Positions 23,113 to 42,122 of a stretch of 64,000 bases of DNA are shown one piece after another. The translations under genes were made by a program, and so were the position numbers. Under the pieces are notes generated by a model. It saw only the letters and a list, made by a program, of their open reading frames with translations. It was not told the origin of the DNA and did not search any database. Origin of the DNA: the human T2T-CHM13v2.0 reference genome, Homo sapiens; assembly GCF_009914755.1 (NCBI RefSeq), contig NC_060948.1, one strand, 5' to 3'. The stretch's first letter is position 1. Each line of letters opens with the position of its first letter.

Positions 23113-25233
23113 AGATCCATATTTTTTAAATGAAAAAAAATTTCAAAGGTACTCTGCTTGGTACAATAATCAAATGTATAAACTGAGGAATAAAACATAA
23201 CCATGAAACCTACTTATAACTGCATATGGAAAATACAGAGGATAATTTTTTAAATAACATATTTTGAAAGCCTTAACTAGTAATTTGAAGAGTTGGCATT
23301 TGAAAGGCCAGTATGAATATACCTTCAAAGCAGCAACACAGGTTCCCCATGAGAAAAAGCAAACACAGGGAAAATAAAAACACAAAGGTTCAATCTCTTC
23401 TGACCTTTGAAAGACACAGCACAGACAGTGGTCCTTAGGACGAAGAGCAGGAGACCCCTAATTCCGTCACCATGGCGATAGGGCATAAACATTGCTGGGT
23501 GAGGGCACAATCCACATTGTGAGGTCCAACTGCTGCCAGGAAGACAGGAGTGCTTTTACATAGACCGAAAGGTCATTGAAGGCTCAGAGTTTTGTTTCAA
23601 GAACTGAATCCCAAGCCCACACGTTATTAGGCTGCGCTTCTTAAAACAAGTTATGAGATGGGAAAAAGGGCACCCACAAACATACGTATACATTATGTAT
23701 ATAATAATATACAGTGTCATATATATAATATATATAACCTATGTATAATATAGTTTTACATCCTGCATCTTATGTTATTTATATTGTATAAAATATAATA
23801 ATTGATAATAGATAAGTTTTATAATTATACAATATGACATACAGTATATATCATAATTTATGACATATATAATATATGTTATATATCATATATAGAATAT
23901 ATTATACGGTTAATATACGTATTAAATATAAATTATACATTATATATATTATATATAATATATCTGTTATATATAATACCCATTATGCATAATATATATA
24001 TTATGTCTATGTTATATATAGTATAAAACAACATATAATAATATATAATTGTATATATAAAATGCGACATATAATATATATTATATTTTATAACATATGT
24101 AATACATATTATATATAATATGTTGTATGTATAATACCTATATTAAATATATATTATATGACTATGTTATTAATTACATGTCACATGTGTTATATATTAT
24201 ATATTTTACATAGAATATACCGGTTACATACAATATATACCATGTTACCTATAATGTATAATTTATTACATGTAAAATAAAGAATGCAATATATTATGTA
24301 TAATTTATAATATACAATATGTGGAATGTGATATATATAACATATAATATATGATATATGATATACAGTATATGATATATAACATACAATATATGATTCC
24401 TAATATATATGGTATACAATATATATTTTATGATATGTATTCTATATGTTTTATATTCTGTTATATATAACTATTTGAAATTATATATAACTGTATAATA
24501 TTTTATGTAAATATGTAATATAATATATATAACTATATAATATATTATATATAACTATATATTATGTTATATATACTTTTATAACATAATTTACATAAAA
24601 TATCATAATATAATATATATTATATTATTTCATATTAAATAATATATATTACATATCACCCAATATAACTAACATACATAATATTATAATATAGATTATA
24701 TTGTGTTATATTAAATATCATATATATCTTGTATCATATATTCTATAATATATATTACACATTATATAATATGTATGTTGTCTATTATGTGATATATATA
24801 ACTATATATATAATTATATTTTTATACATATAACTAGATAAACATGTAATTCTACATATTTTCATTTATAATACGTAGAATTATATAATCATATATAATT
24901 ATTTATATTCTATAAAAAATTTTATCATTATATAAATTATAATATATAAAAATTATAATATGTACTACAAATATATATATTATATATCATATATGATATA
25001 GTACCTTTGTTATATATCACAATACATATAAATGTGTATTATGTTATCTATAATTATATAATTTCATATATAAGATGTATATTATGTATCTTATATTATA
25101 TAAGTTATGTAATATATATAGTATATATAAGATGACACAGGATAAATATTATATACTATGACATATAAAATATATGAGGTTATATGTTACATATAAGGCA
25201 TAGCACATAACATGTAATATATATCATATATAA

Positions 25234-25525
25234 TTTTTTTTTAGACAGAATCTTGTCCTGTTGCACAGGGTGGGGTACAATGGCGCCATCTTTGCTCACT
25301 GCAACTTCTGCCTCACGGGTCCAAGCGATTGTCCTCCCTCAGCCTCCCAGGTTGCTGGGACTACACCACACTGGGACTACACCAGCTGCCACCATGCCTA
25401 GCTAATTTTTTGGATTTTTAGTAGTGACAGCGTTTCACTGTATTGGCCAGGATGGTCTTGATCTCTTCACCTTGTGATCCCCTTGCCTTGGCCTCCAAAT
25501 TTGCTGGGATTACAGGCCTGAGCCA
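25234..25525 (-). mobile_element. Alu fragment U11
   Basis: Same sequence as the U1 Alu. Confidence 0.93.
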
Positions 25526-27621
25526 AGATCCATATTTTTTAAATGAAAAAAAATTTCAAAGGTACTCTGCTTGGTACAATAATCAAATGTATAAACTGAG
25601 GAATAAAACATAACCATGAAACCTACTTATAACTGCATATGGAAAATACAGAGGTTAATTTTTTAAATAACATATTTTGAAAGCCTTAACTAGTAATTTG
25701 AAGAGTTGGCATTTGAAAGGCCAGTATGAATATACCTTCAAAGCAGCAACACAGGTTCCCCATGAGAAAAAGCAAACACAGGGAAAATAAAAACACAAAG
25801 GTTCAATCTCTTCTGACCTTTGAAAGACACAGCACAGACAGTGGTCCTTAGGACGAAGAGCAGGAGACCCCTAATTCCGTCACCATGGCGATAGGGCATA
25901 AACATTGCTGGGTGAGGGCACAATCCACATTGTGAGGTCCAACTGCTGCCAGGAAGACAGGAGTGCTTTTACGTAGACCGAAAGGTCATTGAAGGCTCAG
26001 AGTTTTGTTTCAAGAACTGAATCCCAAGCCCACACGTTATTAGGCTGCGCTTCTTAAAACAAGTTATGAGATGGGAAAAAGGGCACCCACAAACATACGT
26101 ATACATTATGTATATAATAATATACAGTGTCATATATATAATATATATAACCTATGTATAATATTGTTTTACATCCTGCATCTTGTTATGTATATTGTAT
26201 AAAATATAATAATTGATAATATATAAGTTTTATAATTATACAATATGACATATAGTATATATAATAATTTATGACCTATATAATATATGTTATATATCAT
26301 ATATAGAATATATTATACGGTTAATATACGTATTAAATATAAATTATACATTATATATATTATATATAATATATCTGTTATATATAATACCCATTATGCA
26401 TAATATATATATTATGTCTATGTTATATATAGTATAAAACAACATATAATAATATATAATTGTATATATAAAATGCGACATATAATATATATTATATTTT
26501 ATAACATATGTAATATATATTATATATAATACGTTGTATGTATAATACCTATATTAAATATATATTATATGACTATGTTATTAATTACATGTCACATGTG
26601 TTATATATTATATATTTTACATAGAATATACCGGTTACATACAATATATACCATGTTACCTATAATGTATAATTTATTACATGTAAAATAAAGAATGCAA
26701 TATATTATGTAAAATTTATAACATACAATATGTGGAATGTGATATATATAACATATAATATATGATATATGATATACAGTATATGATATATAACATACAA
26801 TATATGATTCCTAATATATATGGTATACAATATATATTTTATGATATGTATTCTCTATGTTTTATATTCTGTTATATATAACTATTTGAAATTATATATA
26901 ACTGTATAATATTTTATTTAAATATATAATATAATATATATAACTATATAATATATTATATATAACTATATATTATGTTATATATACTTTTATAACATAA
27001 TTTACATAAAATATCATAATATAATATATATTATATTATTTCATATTAAATAATATATATTACATATCACCCAATATAACTAACATACATAATATTATAA
27101 TATAGATTATATTGTGTTATATTAAATATCATATATATCTTGTATCATATATTCTATAATATATATTACACATTATATAATATGTATGTTGTCTATTATG
27201 TGATATATATAACTATATATATAATTATATTTTTATACATATAACTAGATAAACATGTAATTCTACATATTTTCATTTATAATACGTAGAATTATATAAT
27301 CATATATAATTATTTATATTCTATAAAAAATTTTATCATTATATAAATTATAATATATAAAAATTATAATATGTACTACAAATATATATATTATATATCA
27401 TATATGATATAGTACCTTTGTTATATATCACAATACATATAAATGTGTATTATGTTATCTATAATTATATAATTTCATATATAAGATGTATAATATGTAT
27501 CTTATATTATATAAGTTATGTAATATATATAGTATATATAAGATGACACAGGATAAATATTATATACTATGACTTATAAAATATATGAGGTTATATGTTA
27601 CATATAAGGCATAGCACATAA

Positions 27622-27936
<315 letters not shown>

Positions 27937-30034
27937 AGATCCATATTTTTTAAATGAAAAAAAATTTCAAAGGTACTCTGCTTGGTACAATAATCAAATG
28001 TATAAACTGAGGAATAAAACATAACCATGAAACCTACTTATAACTGCATATGGAAAATACAGAGGTTAATTTTTTAAATAACATATTTTGAAAGCCTTAA
28101 CTAGTAATTTGAAGAGTTGGCATTTGAAAGGCCAGTATGAATATACCTTCAAAGCAGCAACACAGGTTCCCCATGAGAAAAAGCAAACACAGGGAAAATA
28201 AAAACACAAAGGTTCAATCTCTGCTGACCTTTGAAAGACACAGCACAGACAGTGGTCCTTAGGACGAAGAGCAGGAGACCCCTAATTCCGTCACCATGGC
28301 GATAGGGCATAAACATTGCTGGGTGAGGGCACAATCCACATTGTGAGGTCCAACTGCTGCCAGGAAGACAGGAGTGCTTTTACATAGACCGAAAGGTCAT
28401 TGAAGGCTCAGAGTTTTGTTTCAAGGACTGAATCCCAAACCCACACGTTATTAGGCTGCGCTTCTTAAAACAAGTTATGAGATGGGAAAAAGGGCACCCA
28501 CAAACATACGTATACATTATGTATATAATAATATACAGTATCATATATATAATATATATAACCTATGTATAATATTGTTTTACATCCTGCATCTTATGTT
28601 ATATATATTGTATAAAATATAATAATTGATAATATATAAGTTTTATAATTATACAATATGACATATAGTATATATTATAATTTATGACATATATAATATA
28701 TGTTTTATATCATATATAGAATATATTATACGGTTAATATACGTATTAAATATAAATTATACATTATATATATTATATATAATATATCTGTTATATATAA
28801 TACCCATTATACATAATATATATATTATGTCTATGTTATATATAGTATAAAACAACATATAATAATATATAATTGTATATATAAAATGCGACATACAATA
28901 TATATTATATTTTATAACATATGTAATATATATTATATATAATACGTTGTATGTATAATACCTATATTAAATATATATTATATGACTATGTTATTAATTA
29001 CATGTCACATGTGTTATATATTATATATTTTACATAGAATATACCGGTTACATACAATATATACCATGTTACCTATAATGTATAATTTATTACATGTAAA
29101 ATAAAGAATGCAATATATTATGTAAAATTTATAACATACAATATGTGGAATGTGATATATATAACATATAATATATGATATATGATATACAGTATATGAT
29201 ATATAACATACAATATATGATTCCTAATATATATGGTATACAATATATATTTTATGATATGTATTCTATATGTTTTATATTCTGTTATATATAACTATTT
29301 GAAATTATATATAACTGTATAATATTTTATGTAAATATGTAATATAATATATATAACTATATAATATATTATATATAACTATATATTATGTTATATATAC
29401 TTTTATAACATAATTTACATAAAATATCATAATATAATATATATTATATTATTTCATATTAAATAATATATATTACATATCACCCAATATAACTAACATA
29501 CATAATATTATAATATAGATTATATTGTGTTATATTAAATATCATATATATCTTGTATCATATATTCTATAATATATATTACACATTATATAATATGTAT
29601 GTTGTCTATTATGTGATATATATAACTATATATATAATTATATTTTTATACATATAACTAGATAAACATGTAATTCTACATATTTTCATTTATAATACGT
29701 AGAATTATATAATCATATATAATTATTTATATTCTATAAAAAATTTTATCATTATATAAATTATAATATATAAAAATTATAATATGTACTACAAATATAT
29801 ATATTATATATCATATATGATATAGTACCTTTGTTATATATCACAATACATATAAATGTGTATTATGTTATCTATAATTATATAATTTCATATATAAGAT
29901 GTATAATATGTATCTTATATTATATAAGTTATGTAATATATATAGTATATATAAGATGACACAGGATAAATATTATATACTATGACATATAAAATATATG
30001 AGGTTATATGTTACATATAAGGCATAGCACATAA

Positions 30035-30349
<315 letters not shown>

Positions 30350-32470
30350 AGATCCATATTTTTTAAATGAAAAAAAATTTCAAAGGTACTCTGCTTGGTA
30401 CAATAATCAAATGTATAAACTGAGGAATAAAACATAACCATGAAACCTACTTATAACTGCATATGGAAAATACAGAGGTTAATTTTTTAAATAACATATT
30501 TTGAAAGCCTTAACTAGTAATTTGAAGAGTTGGCATTTGAAAGGCCAGTATGAATATACCTTCAAAGCAGCAACACAGGTTCCCCATGAGAAAAAGCAAA
30601 CACAGGGAAAATAAAAACACAAAGGTTCAATCTCTGCTGACCTTTGAAAGACACAGCACAGACAGTGGTCCTTAGGACGAAGAGCAGGAGACCCCTAATT
30701 CCGTCACCATGGCGATAGGGCATAAACATTGCTGGGTGAGGGCACAATCCACATTGTGAGGTCCAACTGCTGCCAGGAAGACAGGAGTGCTTTTACATAG
30801 ACCGAAAGGTCATTGAAGGCTCAGAGTTTTGTTTCAAGGACTGAATCCCAAACCCACACGTTATTAGGCTGCGCTTCTTAAAACAAGTTATGAGATGGGA
30901 AAAAGGGCACCCACAAACATACGTATACATTATGTATATAATAATATACAGTATCATATATATAATATATATAACCTATGTATAATGTTGTTTTACATCC
31001 TGCATCTTATGTTATATATATTGTATAAAATATAATAATTGATAATATATAAGTTTTATAATTATACAATATGACATATAGTATATATTATAATTTATGA
31101 CATATATAATATATGTTTTATATCATATATAGAATATATTATACGGTTAATATACGTATTAAATATAAATTATACATTATATATATTATATATAATATAT
31201 CTGTTATATATAATACACATTATGCATAATATATATATTATGTCTATGTTATATACAGTATAAAACAACATATAATAATATATAATTGTATATATAAAAT
31301 GCGACATATAATATATATTATATTTTATAACATATGTAATATATATTATATATAATACGTTGTATGTATAATACCTATATTAAATATATATTATATGACT
31401 ATGTTATTAATTACATGTCACATGTGTTATATATTATATATTTTACATAGAATATACCGGTTACATACAATATATACCATGTTACCTATAATGTATAATT
31501 TATTACATGTAAAATAAAGAATGCAATATATTATGTAAAATTTATAACATACAATATGTGGAATGTGATATATATAACATATAATATATGATATATGATA
31601 TACAGTATATGATATATAACATACAATATATGATTCCTAATATATATGGTATACAATATATATTTTATGATATGTATTCTCTATGTTTTATATTCTGGTA
31701 TATATAACTATTTGAAATTATATATAACTGTATAATATTTTATTTAAATATGTAATATAATATATATAACTATATAATATATTATATATAACTATATATT
31801 ATGTTATATATTCTTTTATAACATAATTTACATAAAATATCATAATATAATATATATTATATTATTTCATATTACATAATATATATTACATATCACCCAA
31901 TATAACTAACATACATAATATTATAATATAGATTATATTGTGTTATATTAAATATCATATATATCATGAATCATATATTCTATAATATATATTACACATT
32001 ATATAATATGTATGTTGTCTATTATGTGATATATATAACTATATATATAATTATATTTTTATACATATAACTAGATAAACATGTAATTCTACATATTTTC
32101 ATTTATAATATGTAGAATTATACAATCATATATAATTATTTATATTCTATAAAAAATTTTATCATTATATAAATTATAATATATAAAAATTATAATATGT
32201 ACTACAAATATATATATTATATATCATATATGATATAGTACCTTTGTTATATATCATAATACATATAAATGTGTATTATGTTATCTATAATTATATAATT
32301 TCATATATAAGATGTATAATATGTATCATATATTATATATGTTATGTAATATATATAGTATATATAAGATGACACAGGATAAATATTATATACTATGACA
32401 TATAAAATATATGAGGTTATATGTTACATATAAGGCATAGCACATAACATGTAATATATATCATATATAA

Positions 32471-32762
32471 TTTTTTTTTAGACAGAATCTTTTCCTGTTG
32501 CACAGGGTGGGGTACAATGGCGCCATCTTTGCTCACTGCAACTTCTGCCTCACGGGTCCAAGCGATTGTCCTCCCTGAGCCTCCCAGGTAGCTGGGACTA
32601 CACCACACTGGGACTACACCAGCTGCCACCATGCCTAGCTAATTTTTTGGATTTTTAGTAGTGACAGCGTTTCACTGTATTGGCCAGGATGGTCTTGATC
32701 TCTTCACCTTGTGATCCCCTTGCCTTGGCCTCCAAATTTGCTGGGATTACAGGCCTGAGCCA
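32471..32762 (-). mobile_element. Alu fragment U14
   Basis: Same sequence as the U1 Alu; variants CTTTTCC and CCCTGAGC. Confidence 0.93.
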
Positions 32763-34883
32763 AGATCCATATTTTTTAAATGAAAAAAAATTTCAAAGGT
32801 ACTCTGCTTGGTACAATAATCAAATGTATAAACTGAGGAATAAAACATAACCATGAAACCTACTTATAACTGCATATGGAAAATACAGAGGATAATTTTT
32901 TAAATAACATATTTTGAAAGCCTTAACTAGTAATTTGAAGAGTTGGCATTTGAAAGGCCAGTATGAATATACCTTCAAAGCAGCAACACAGGTTCCCCAT
33001 GAGAAAAAGCAAACTCAGGGAAAATAAAAACACAAAGGTTCAATCTCTTCTGACCTTTGAAAGACACAGCACAGACAGTGGTCCTTAGGACGAAGAGCAG
33101 GAGACCCCTAATTCCGTCACCATGGCGATAGGGCATAAACATTGCTGGGTGAGGGCACAATCCACATTGTGAGGTCCAACTGCTGCCAGGAAGACAGGAG
33201 TGCTTTTACGTAGACCGAAAGGTCATTGAAGGCTCAGAGTTTTGTTTCAAGAACTGAATCCCAAGCCCACACGTTATTAGGCTGCGCTTCTTAAAACAAG
33301 TTATGAGATGGGAAAAAGGGCACCCACAAACATACGTATACATTATGTATATAATAATATACAGTGTCATATATATAATATATATAACCTATGTATAATA
33401 TTGTTTTACATCCTGCATCTTCTGTTATATATATTGTATAAAATATAATTATTGATAATATATAAGTTTTATAATTATACAATATGACATATAGTATATA
33501 TTATAATTTATGACATATATAATATATGTTATATATCATATATAGAATATATTATACGGTTAATATAAGTATTAAATATAAATTATACATTATATATATT
33601 ACATATAATATATCTGTTATATATAATACCCATTATGTATAATATATATATTATGTCTATGTTATATATAGTATAAAACAACATATAATAATATATAATT
33701 GTATATATAAAATGCGACATATAATATATATTATATTTTATAACATATGTAATATATATTATATATAATACGTTGTATGTATAATACCTATATTAAATAT
33801 ATATTATATGACTATGTTATTAATTACATGTCACATGTGTTATATATTATATATTTTACATAGAATATACCGGTTACATACAATATATACTATGTTACCT
33901 ATAATGTATAATTTATTACATGTAAAATAAAGAATGCAATATATTATGTAAAATTTATAACATACAATATGTGGAAAGTGATATATATAACATATAATAT
34001 ATGATATATGATATACAGTATATGATATATAACATACAATATATGATTCCTAATATATATGGTATACAATATATATTTTATGATATGTATTCTCTATGTT
34101 TTATATTCTGTTATATATAACTATTTGAAATTATATATAACTGTATAATATTTTATGTAAATATGTAATATAATATATATAACTATATAATATATTATAT
34201 ATAACTATATATTATGTTATATATACTTTTATAACATAATTTACCTAAAATATCATAATATAATATATATTATATTATTTCATATTACATAATATATATT
34301 ACATATCACCCAATATAACTAACATACATAATATTATAATATAGATTATATTGTGTTATATTAAATATCATATATATCATGAATCATATATTCTATAATA
34401 TATATTACACATTATATAATATGTATGTTGTCTATTATGTGATATATATAACTATATATATAATTATATTTTTATACATATAACTAGATAAACATGTAAT
34501 TCTACATATTTTCATTTATAATATGTAGAATTATACAATCATATATAATTATTTATATTCTATAAAAAATTTTATCATTATATAAATTATAATATATAAA
34601 AATTATAATATGTACTACAAATATATATATTATATATCATATATGATATAGTACCTTTGTTATATATCATAATACATATAAATGTGTATTATGTTATCTA
34701 TAATTATATAATTTCATATATAAGATGTATAATATGTATCATATATTATATATGTTATGTAATATATATAGTATATATAAGATGACACAGGATAAATATT
34801 ATATACTATGACATATAAAATATATGAGGTTATATGTTACATATAAGGCATAGCACATAACATGTAATATATATCATATATAA

Positions 34884-35175
34884 TTTTTTTTTAGACAGAA
34901 TCTTTTCCTGTTGCACAGGGTGGGGTACAATGGCGCCATCTTTGCTCACTGCAACTTCTGCCTCACGGGTCCAAGCGATTGTCCTCCCTGAGCCTCCCAG
35001 GTAGCTGGGACTACACCACACTGGGACTACACCAGCTGCCACCATGCCTAGCTAATTTTTTGGATTTTTAGTAGTGACAGCGTTTCACTGTATTGGCCAG
35101 GATGGTCTTGATCTCTTCACCTTGTGATCCCCTTGCCTTGGCCTCCAAATTTGCTGGGATTACAGGCCTGAGCCA
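34884..35175 (-). mobile_element. Alu fragment U15
   Basis: Same variants as U14. Confidence 0.93.
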
Positions 35176-37296
35176 AGATCCATATTTTTTAAATGAAAAA
35201 AAATTTCAAAGGTACTCTGCTTGGTACAATAATCAAATGTATAAACTGAGGAATAAAACATAACCATGAAACCTACTTATAACTGCATATGGAAAATACA
35301 GAGGATAATTTTTTAAATAACATATTTTGAAAGCCTTAACTAGTAATTTGAAGAGTTGGCATTTGAAAGGCCAGTATGAATATACCTTCAAAGCAGCAAC
35401 ACAGGTTCCCCATGAGAAAAAGCAAACTCAGGGAAAATAAAAACACAAAGGTTCAATCTCTTCTGACCTTTGAAAGACACAGCACAGACAGTGGTCCTTA
35501 GGACGAAGAGCAGGAGACCCCTAATTCCGTCACCATGGCGATAGGGCATAAACATTGCTGGGTGAGGGCACAATCCACATTGTGAGGTCCAACTGCTGCC
35601 AGGAAGACAGGAGTGCTTTTACGTAGACCGAAAGGTCATTGAAGGCTCAGAGTTTTGTTTCAAGAACTGAATCCCAAGCCCACACGTTATTAGGCTGCGC
35701 TTCTTAAAACAAGTTATGAGATGGGAAAAAGGGCACCCACAAACATACGTATACATTATGTATATAATAATATACAGTGTCATATATATAATATATATAA
35801 CCTATGTATAATATTGTTTTACATCCTGCATCTTCTGTTATATATATTGTATAAAATATAATTATTGATAATATATAAGTTTTATAATTATACAATATGA
35901 CATATAGTATATATTATAATTTATGACATATATAATATATGTTATATATCATATATAGAATATATTATACGGTTAATATAAGTATTAAATATAAATTATA
36001 CATTATATATATTACATATAATATATCTGTTATATATAATACCCATTATGTATAATATATATATTATGTCTATGTTATATATAGTATAAAACAACATATA
36101 ATAATATATAATTGTATATATAAAATGCGACATATAATATATATTATATTTTATAACATATGTAATATATATTATATATAATACGTTGTATGTATAATAC
36201 CTATATTAAATATATATTATATGACTATGTTATTAATTACATGTCACATGTGTTATATATTATATATTTTACATAGAATATACCGGTTACATACAATATA
36301 TACTATGTTACCTATAATGTATAATTTATTACATGTAAAATAAAGAATGCAATATATTATGTAAAATTTATAACATACAATATGTGGAAAGTGATATATA
36401 TAACATATAATATATGATATATGATATACAGTATATGATATATAACATACAATATATGATTCCTAATATATATGGTATACAATATATATTTTATGATATG
36501 TATTCTCTATGTTTTATATTCTGTTATATATAACTATTTGAAATTATATATAACTGTATAATATTTTATGTAAATATGTAATATAATATATATAACTATA
36601 TAATATATTATATATAACTATATATTATGTTATATATACTTTTATAACATAATTTACCTAAAATATCATAATATAATATATATTATATTATTTCATATTA
36701 CATAATATATATTACATATCACCCAATATAACTAACATACATAATATTATAATATAGATTATATTGTGTTATATTAAATATCATATATATCATGTATCAT
36801 ATATTCTATAATATATATTACACATTATATAATATGTATGTTGTCTATTATGTGATATATATAACTATATATATAATTATATTTTTATACATATAACTAG
36901 ATAAACATGTAATTCTACATATTTTCATTTATAATATGTAGAATTATATAATCATATATAATTATTTATATTCTATAAAAAATTTTATCATTCTATAAAT
37001 TATAATATATAAAAATTATAATATGTACTACAAATATATATATTATATATCATATATGATATAGTACCTTTGTTATATATCATAATACATATAAATGTGT
37101 ATTATGTTATCTATAATTATATAATTTCATATATAAGATGTATAATATGTATCATATATTATATATGTTATGTAATATATATAGTATATATAAGATGACA
37201 CAGGATAAATATTATATACTATGACATATAAAATATATGAGGTTATATGTTACATATAAGGCATAGCACATAACATGTAAAATATATCATATATAA

Positions 37297-37588
37297 TTTT
37301 TTTTTAGACAGAATCTTGTCCTGTTGCACAGGGTGGGGTACAATGGCGCCATCTTTGCTCACTGCAACTTCTGCCTCACGGGTCCAAGCGATTGTCCTCC
37401 CTCAGCCTCCCAGGTAGCTGGGACTACACCACACTGGGACTACACCAGCTGCCACCATGCCTAGCTAATTTTTTGGATTTTTAGTAGTGACAGCCTTTCA
37501 CTGTATTGGCCAGGATGGTCTTGATCTCTTCACCTTGTGATCCCCTTGCCTTGGCCTCCAAATTTGCTGGGATTACAGGCCTGAGCCA
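37297..37588 (-). mobile_element. Alu fragment U16
   Basis: Same sequence as the U1 Alu; variant CAGCCTTTC. Confidence 0.93.
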
Positions 37589-39686
37589 AGATCCATATTT
37601 TTTAAATGAAAAAAAATTTCAAAGGTACTCTGCTTGGTACAATAATCAAATGTATAAACTGAGGAATAAAACATAACCATGAAACCTACTTATAACTGCA
37701 TATGGAAAATACAGAGGATAATTTTTTAAATAACATATTTTGAAAGCCTTAACTAGTAATTTGAAGAGTTGGCATTTGAAAGGCCACTATGAATATACCT
37801 TCAAAGCAGCAACACAGGTTCCCCATGAGAAAAAGCAAACACAGGGAAAATAAAAACACAAAGGTTCAATCTCTTCTGACCTTTGAAAGACACAGCACAG
37901 ACAGTGGTCCTTAGGACGAAGAGCAGGAGACCCCTAATTCCGTCACCATGGCGATAGGGAATAAACATTGCTGGGTGAGGGCACAATCCACATTGTGAGG
38001 TCCAACTGCTGCCAGGAAGACAGGAGTGCTTTTACATAGACCGAAAGGTCATTGAAGGCTCAGAGTTTTGTTTCAAGAACTGAATCCCAAGCCCACACGT
38101 TATTAGGCTGCGCTTCTTAAAACAAGTTATGAGATGGGAAAAAGGGCACCCACAAACATACGTATACATTATGTATATAATAATATACAGTATCATATAT
38201 ATAATATATATAACCTATGTATAATATTGTTTTACATCCTGCATCTTATGTTATATATATTGTATAAAATATAATAATTGATAATATATAAGTTTTATAA
38301 TTATACAATATGACATATAGTATATATTATAATTTATGACATATATAATATATGTTATATATCATATATAGAATATATTATACGGTTAATATACGTATTA
38401 AATATAAATTATACATTATATATATTATATATAATATATCTGTTATATATAATACCCATTATGCATAATATATATATTATGTCTATGTTATATATAGTAT
38501 AAAACAACATATAATAATATATAATTGTATATATAAAATGCGACATATATTATATATTATATTTTATAACATATGTAATATATATTATATATAATATGTT
38601 GTATGTATAATACCTATATTAAATATATATTATATGACTATGTTATTAATTACATGTCACATGTGTTATATATTATATATTTTACATAGAATATACCGGT
38701 TACATACAATATATACCATGTTACCTATAATGTATAATTTATTACATGTAAAATAAAGAATGCAATATATTATGTATAATTTATAATATACAATATGTGG
38801 AATGTGATATATATAACATATAATATATGATATATGATATACAGTATATGATATATAACATACAATATATGATTCCTAATATATATGGTATACAATATAT
38901 ATTTTATGATATGTATTCTATATGTTTTATATTCTGTTATATATAACTATTTGAAATTATATATAACTGTATAATATCTTATGTAAATATGTAATATAAT
39001 ATATATAACTATATAATATATTATATATAACTATATATTATGTTATATATACTTTTATAACATAATTTACATAAAATATCATAATATAATATATATTATA
39101 TTATTTCATATTAAATAATATATATTACATATCACCCAATATAACTAACATACATAATATTATAATATAGATTATATTGTGTTATATTAAATATCATATA
39201 TATCTTGTATCATATATTCTATAATATATATTACACATTATATAATATGTATGTTGTCTATTATGTGATATATATAACTATATATATAATTATATTTTTA
39301 TACATATAACTAGATAAACATGTAATTCTACATATTTTCATTTATAATACGTAGAATTATATTATCATATATAATTATTTATATTCTATAAAAAATTTTA
39401 TCATTATATAAATTATAATATATAAAAATTATAATATGTACTACAAATATATATATTATATATCATATATGATATAGTACCTTTGTTATATATCACAATA
39501 CATATAAATGTGTATTATGTTATCTATAATTATATAATTTCATATATAAGATGTATAATATGTATCTTATATTATATAAGTTATGTAATATATATAGTAT
39601 ATATAAGATGACACAGGATAAATATTATATACTATGACATATAAAATATATGAGGTTATATGTTACATATAAGGCATAGCACATAA

Positions 39687-40001
<315 letters not shown>

Positions 40002-42122
40002 AGATCCATATTTTTTAAATGAAAAAAAATTTCAAAGGTACTCTGCTTGGTACAATAATCAAATGTATAAACTGAGGAATAAAACATAACCATGAAACCT
40101 ACTTATAACTGCATATGCAAAATACAGAGGTTAATTTTTTAAATAACATATTTTGAAAGCCTTAACTAGTAATTTGAAGAGTTGGCATTTGAAAGGCCAG
40201 TATGAATATACCTTCAAAGCAGCAACACAGGTTCCCCATGAGAAAAAGCAAACACAGGGAAAATAAAAACACAAAGGTTCAATCTCTGCTGACCTTTGAA
40301 AGACACAGCACAGACAGTGGTCCTTAGGACGAAGAGCAGGAGACCCCTAATTCCGTCACCATGGCGATAGGGCATAAACATTGCTGGGTGAGGGCACAAT
40401 CCACATTGTGAGGTCCAACTGCTGCCAGGAAGACAGGAGTGCTTTTACATAGACCGAAAGGTCATTGAAGGCTCAGAGTTTTGTTTCAAGGACTGAATCC
40501 CAAACCCACACGTTATTAGGCTGCGCTTCTTAAAACAAGTTATGAGATGGGAAAAAGGGCACCCACAAACATACGTATACATTATGTATATAATAATATA
40601 CAGTATCATATATATAATATATATAACCTATGTATAATGTTGTTTTACATCCTGCATCTTATGTTATATATATTGTATAAAATATAATAATTGATAATAT
40701 ATAAGTTTTATAATTATACAATATGACATATAGTATATATTATAATTTATGACATATATAATATATGTTTTATATCATATATAGAATATATTATACGGTT
40801 AATATACGTATTAAATATAAATTATACATTATATATATTATATATAATATATCTGTTATATATAATACACATTATGCATAATATATATATTATGTCTATG
40901 TTATATACAGTATAAAACAACATATAATAATATATAATTGTATATATAAAATGCGACATATAATATATATTATATTTTATAACATATGTAATATATATTA
41001 TATATAATACGTTGTATGTATAATACCTATATTAAATATATATTATATGACTATGTTATTAATTACATGTCACATGTGTTATATATTATATATTTTACAT
41101 AGAATATACCGGTTACATACAATATATACCATGTTACCTATAATGTATAATTTATTACATGTAAAATAAAGAATGCAATATATTATGTAAAATTTATAAC
41201 ATACAATATGTGGAATGTGATATATATAACATATAATATATGATATATGATATACAGTATATGATATATAACATACAATATATGATTCCTAATATATATG
41301 GTATACAATATATATTTTATGATATGTATTCTCTATGTTTTATATTCTGGTATATATAACTATTTGAAATTATATATAACTGTATAATATTTTATTTAAA
41401 TATGTAATATAATATATATAACTATATAATATATTATATATAACTATATATTATGTTATATATACTTTTATAACATAATTTACATAAAATATCATAATAT
41501 AATATATATTATATTATTTCATATTACATAATATATATTACATATCACCCAATATAACTAACATACATAATATTATAATATAGATTATATTGTGTTATAT
41601 TAAATATCATATATATCATGTATCATATATTCTATAATATATATTACACATTATATAATATGTATGTTGTCTATTATGTGATATATATAACTATATATAT
41701 AAATATATTTTTATACATATAACTAGATAAACATGTAATTCTACATATTTTCATTTATAATATGTAGAATTATACAATCATATATAATTATTTATATTCT
41801 ATAAAAAATTTTATCATTATATAAATTATAATATATAAAAATTATAATATGTACTACAAATATATATATTATATATCATATATGATATAGTACCTTTGTT
41901 ATATATCATAATACATATAAATGTGTATTATGTTATCTATAATTATATAATTTCATATATAAGATGTATAATATGTATCATATATTATATATGTTATGTA
42001 ATATATATAGTATATATAAGATGACACAGGATAAATATTATATACTATGACATATAAAATATATGAGGTTATATGTTACATATAAGGCATAGCACATAAC
42101 ATGTAATATATATCATATATAA

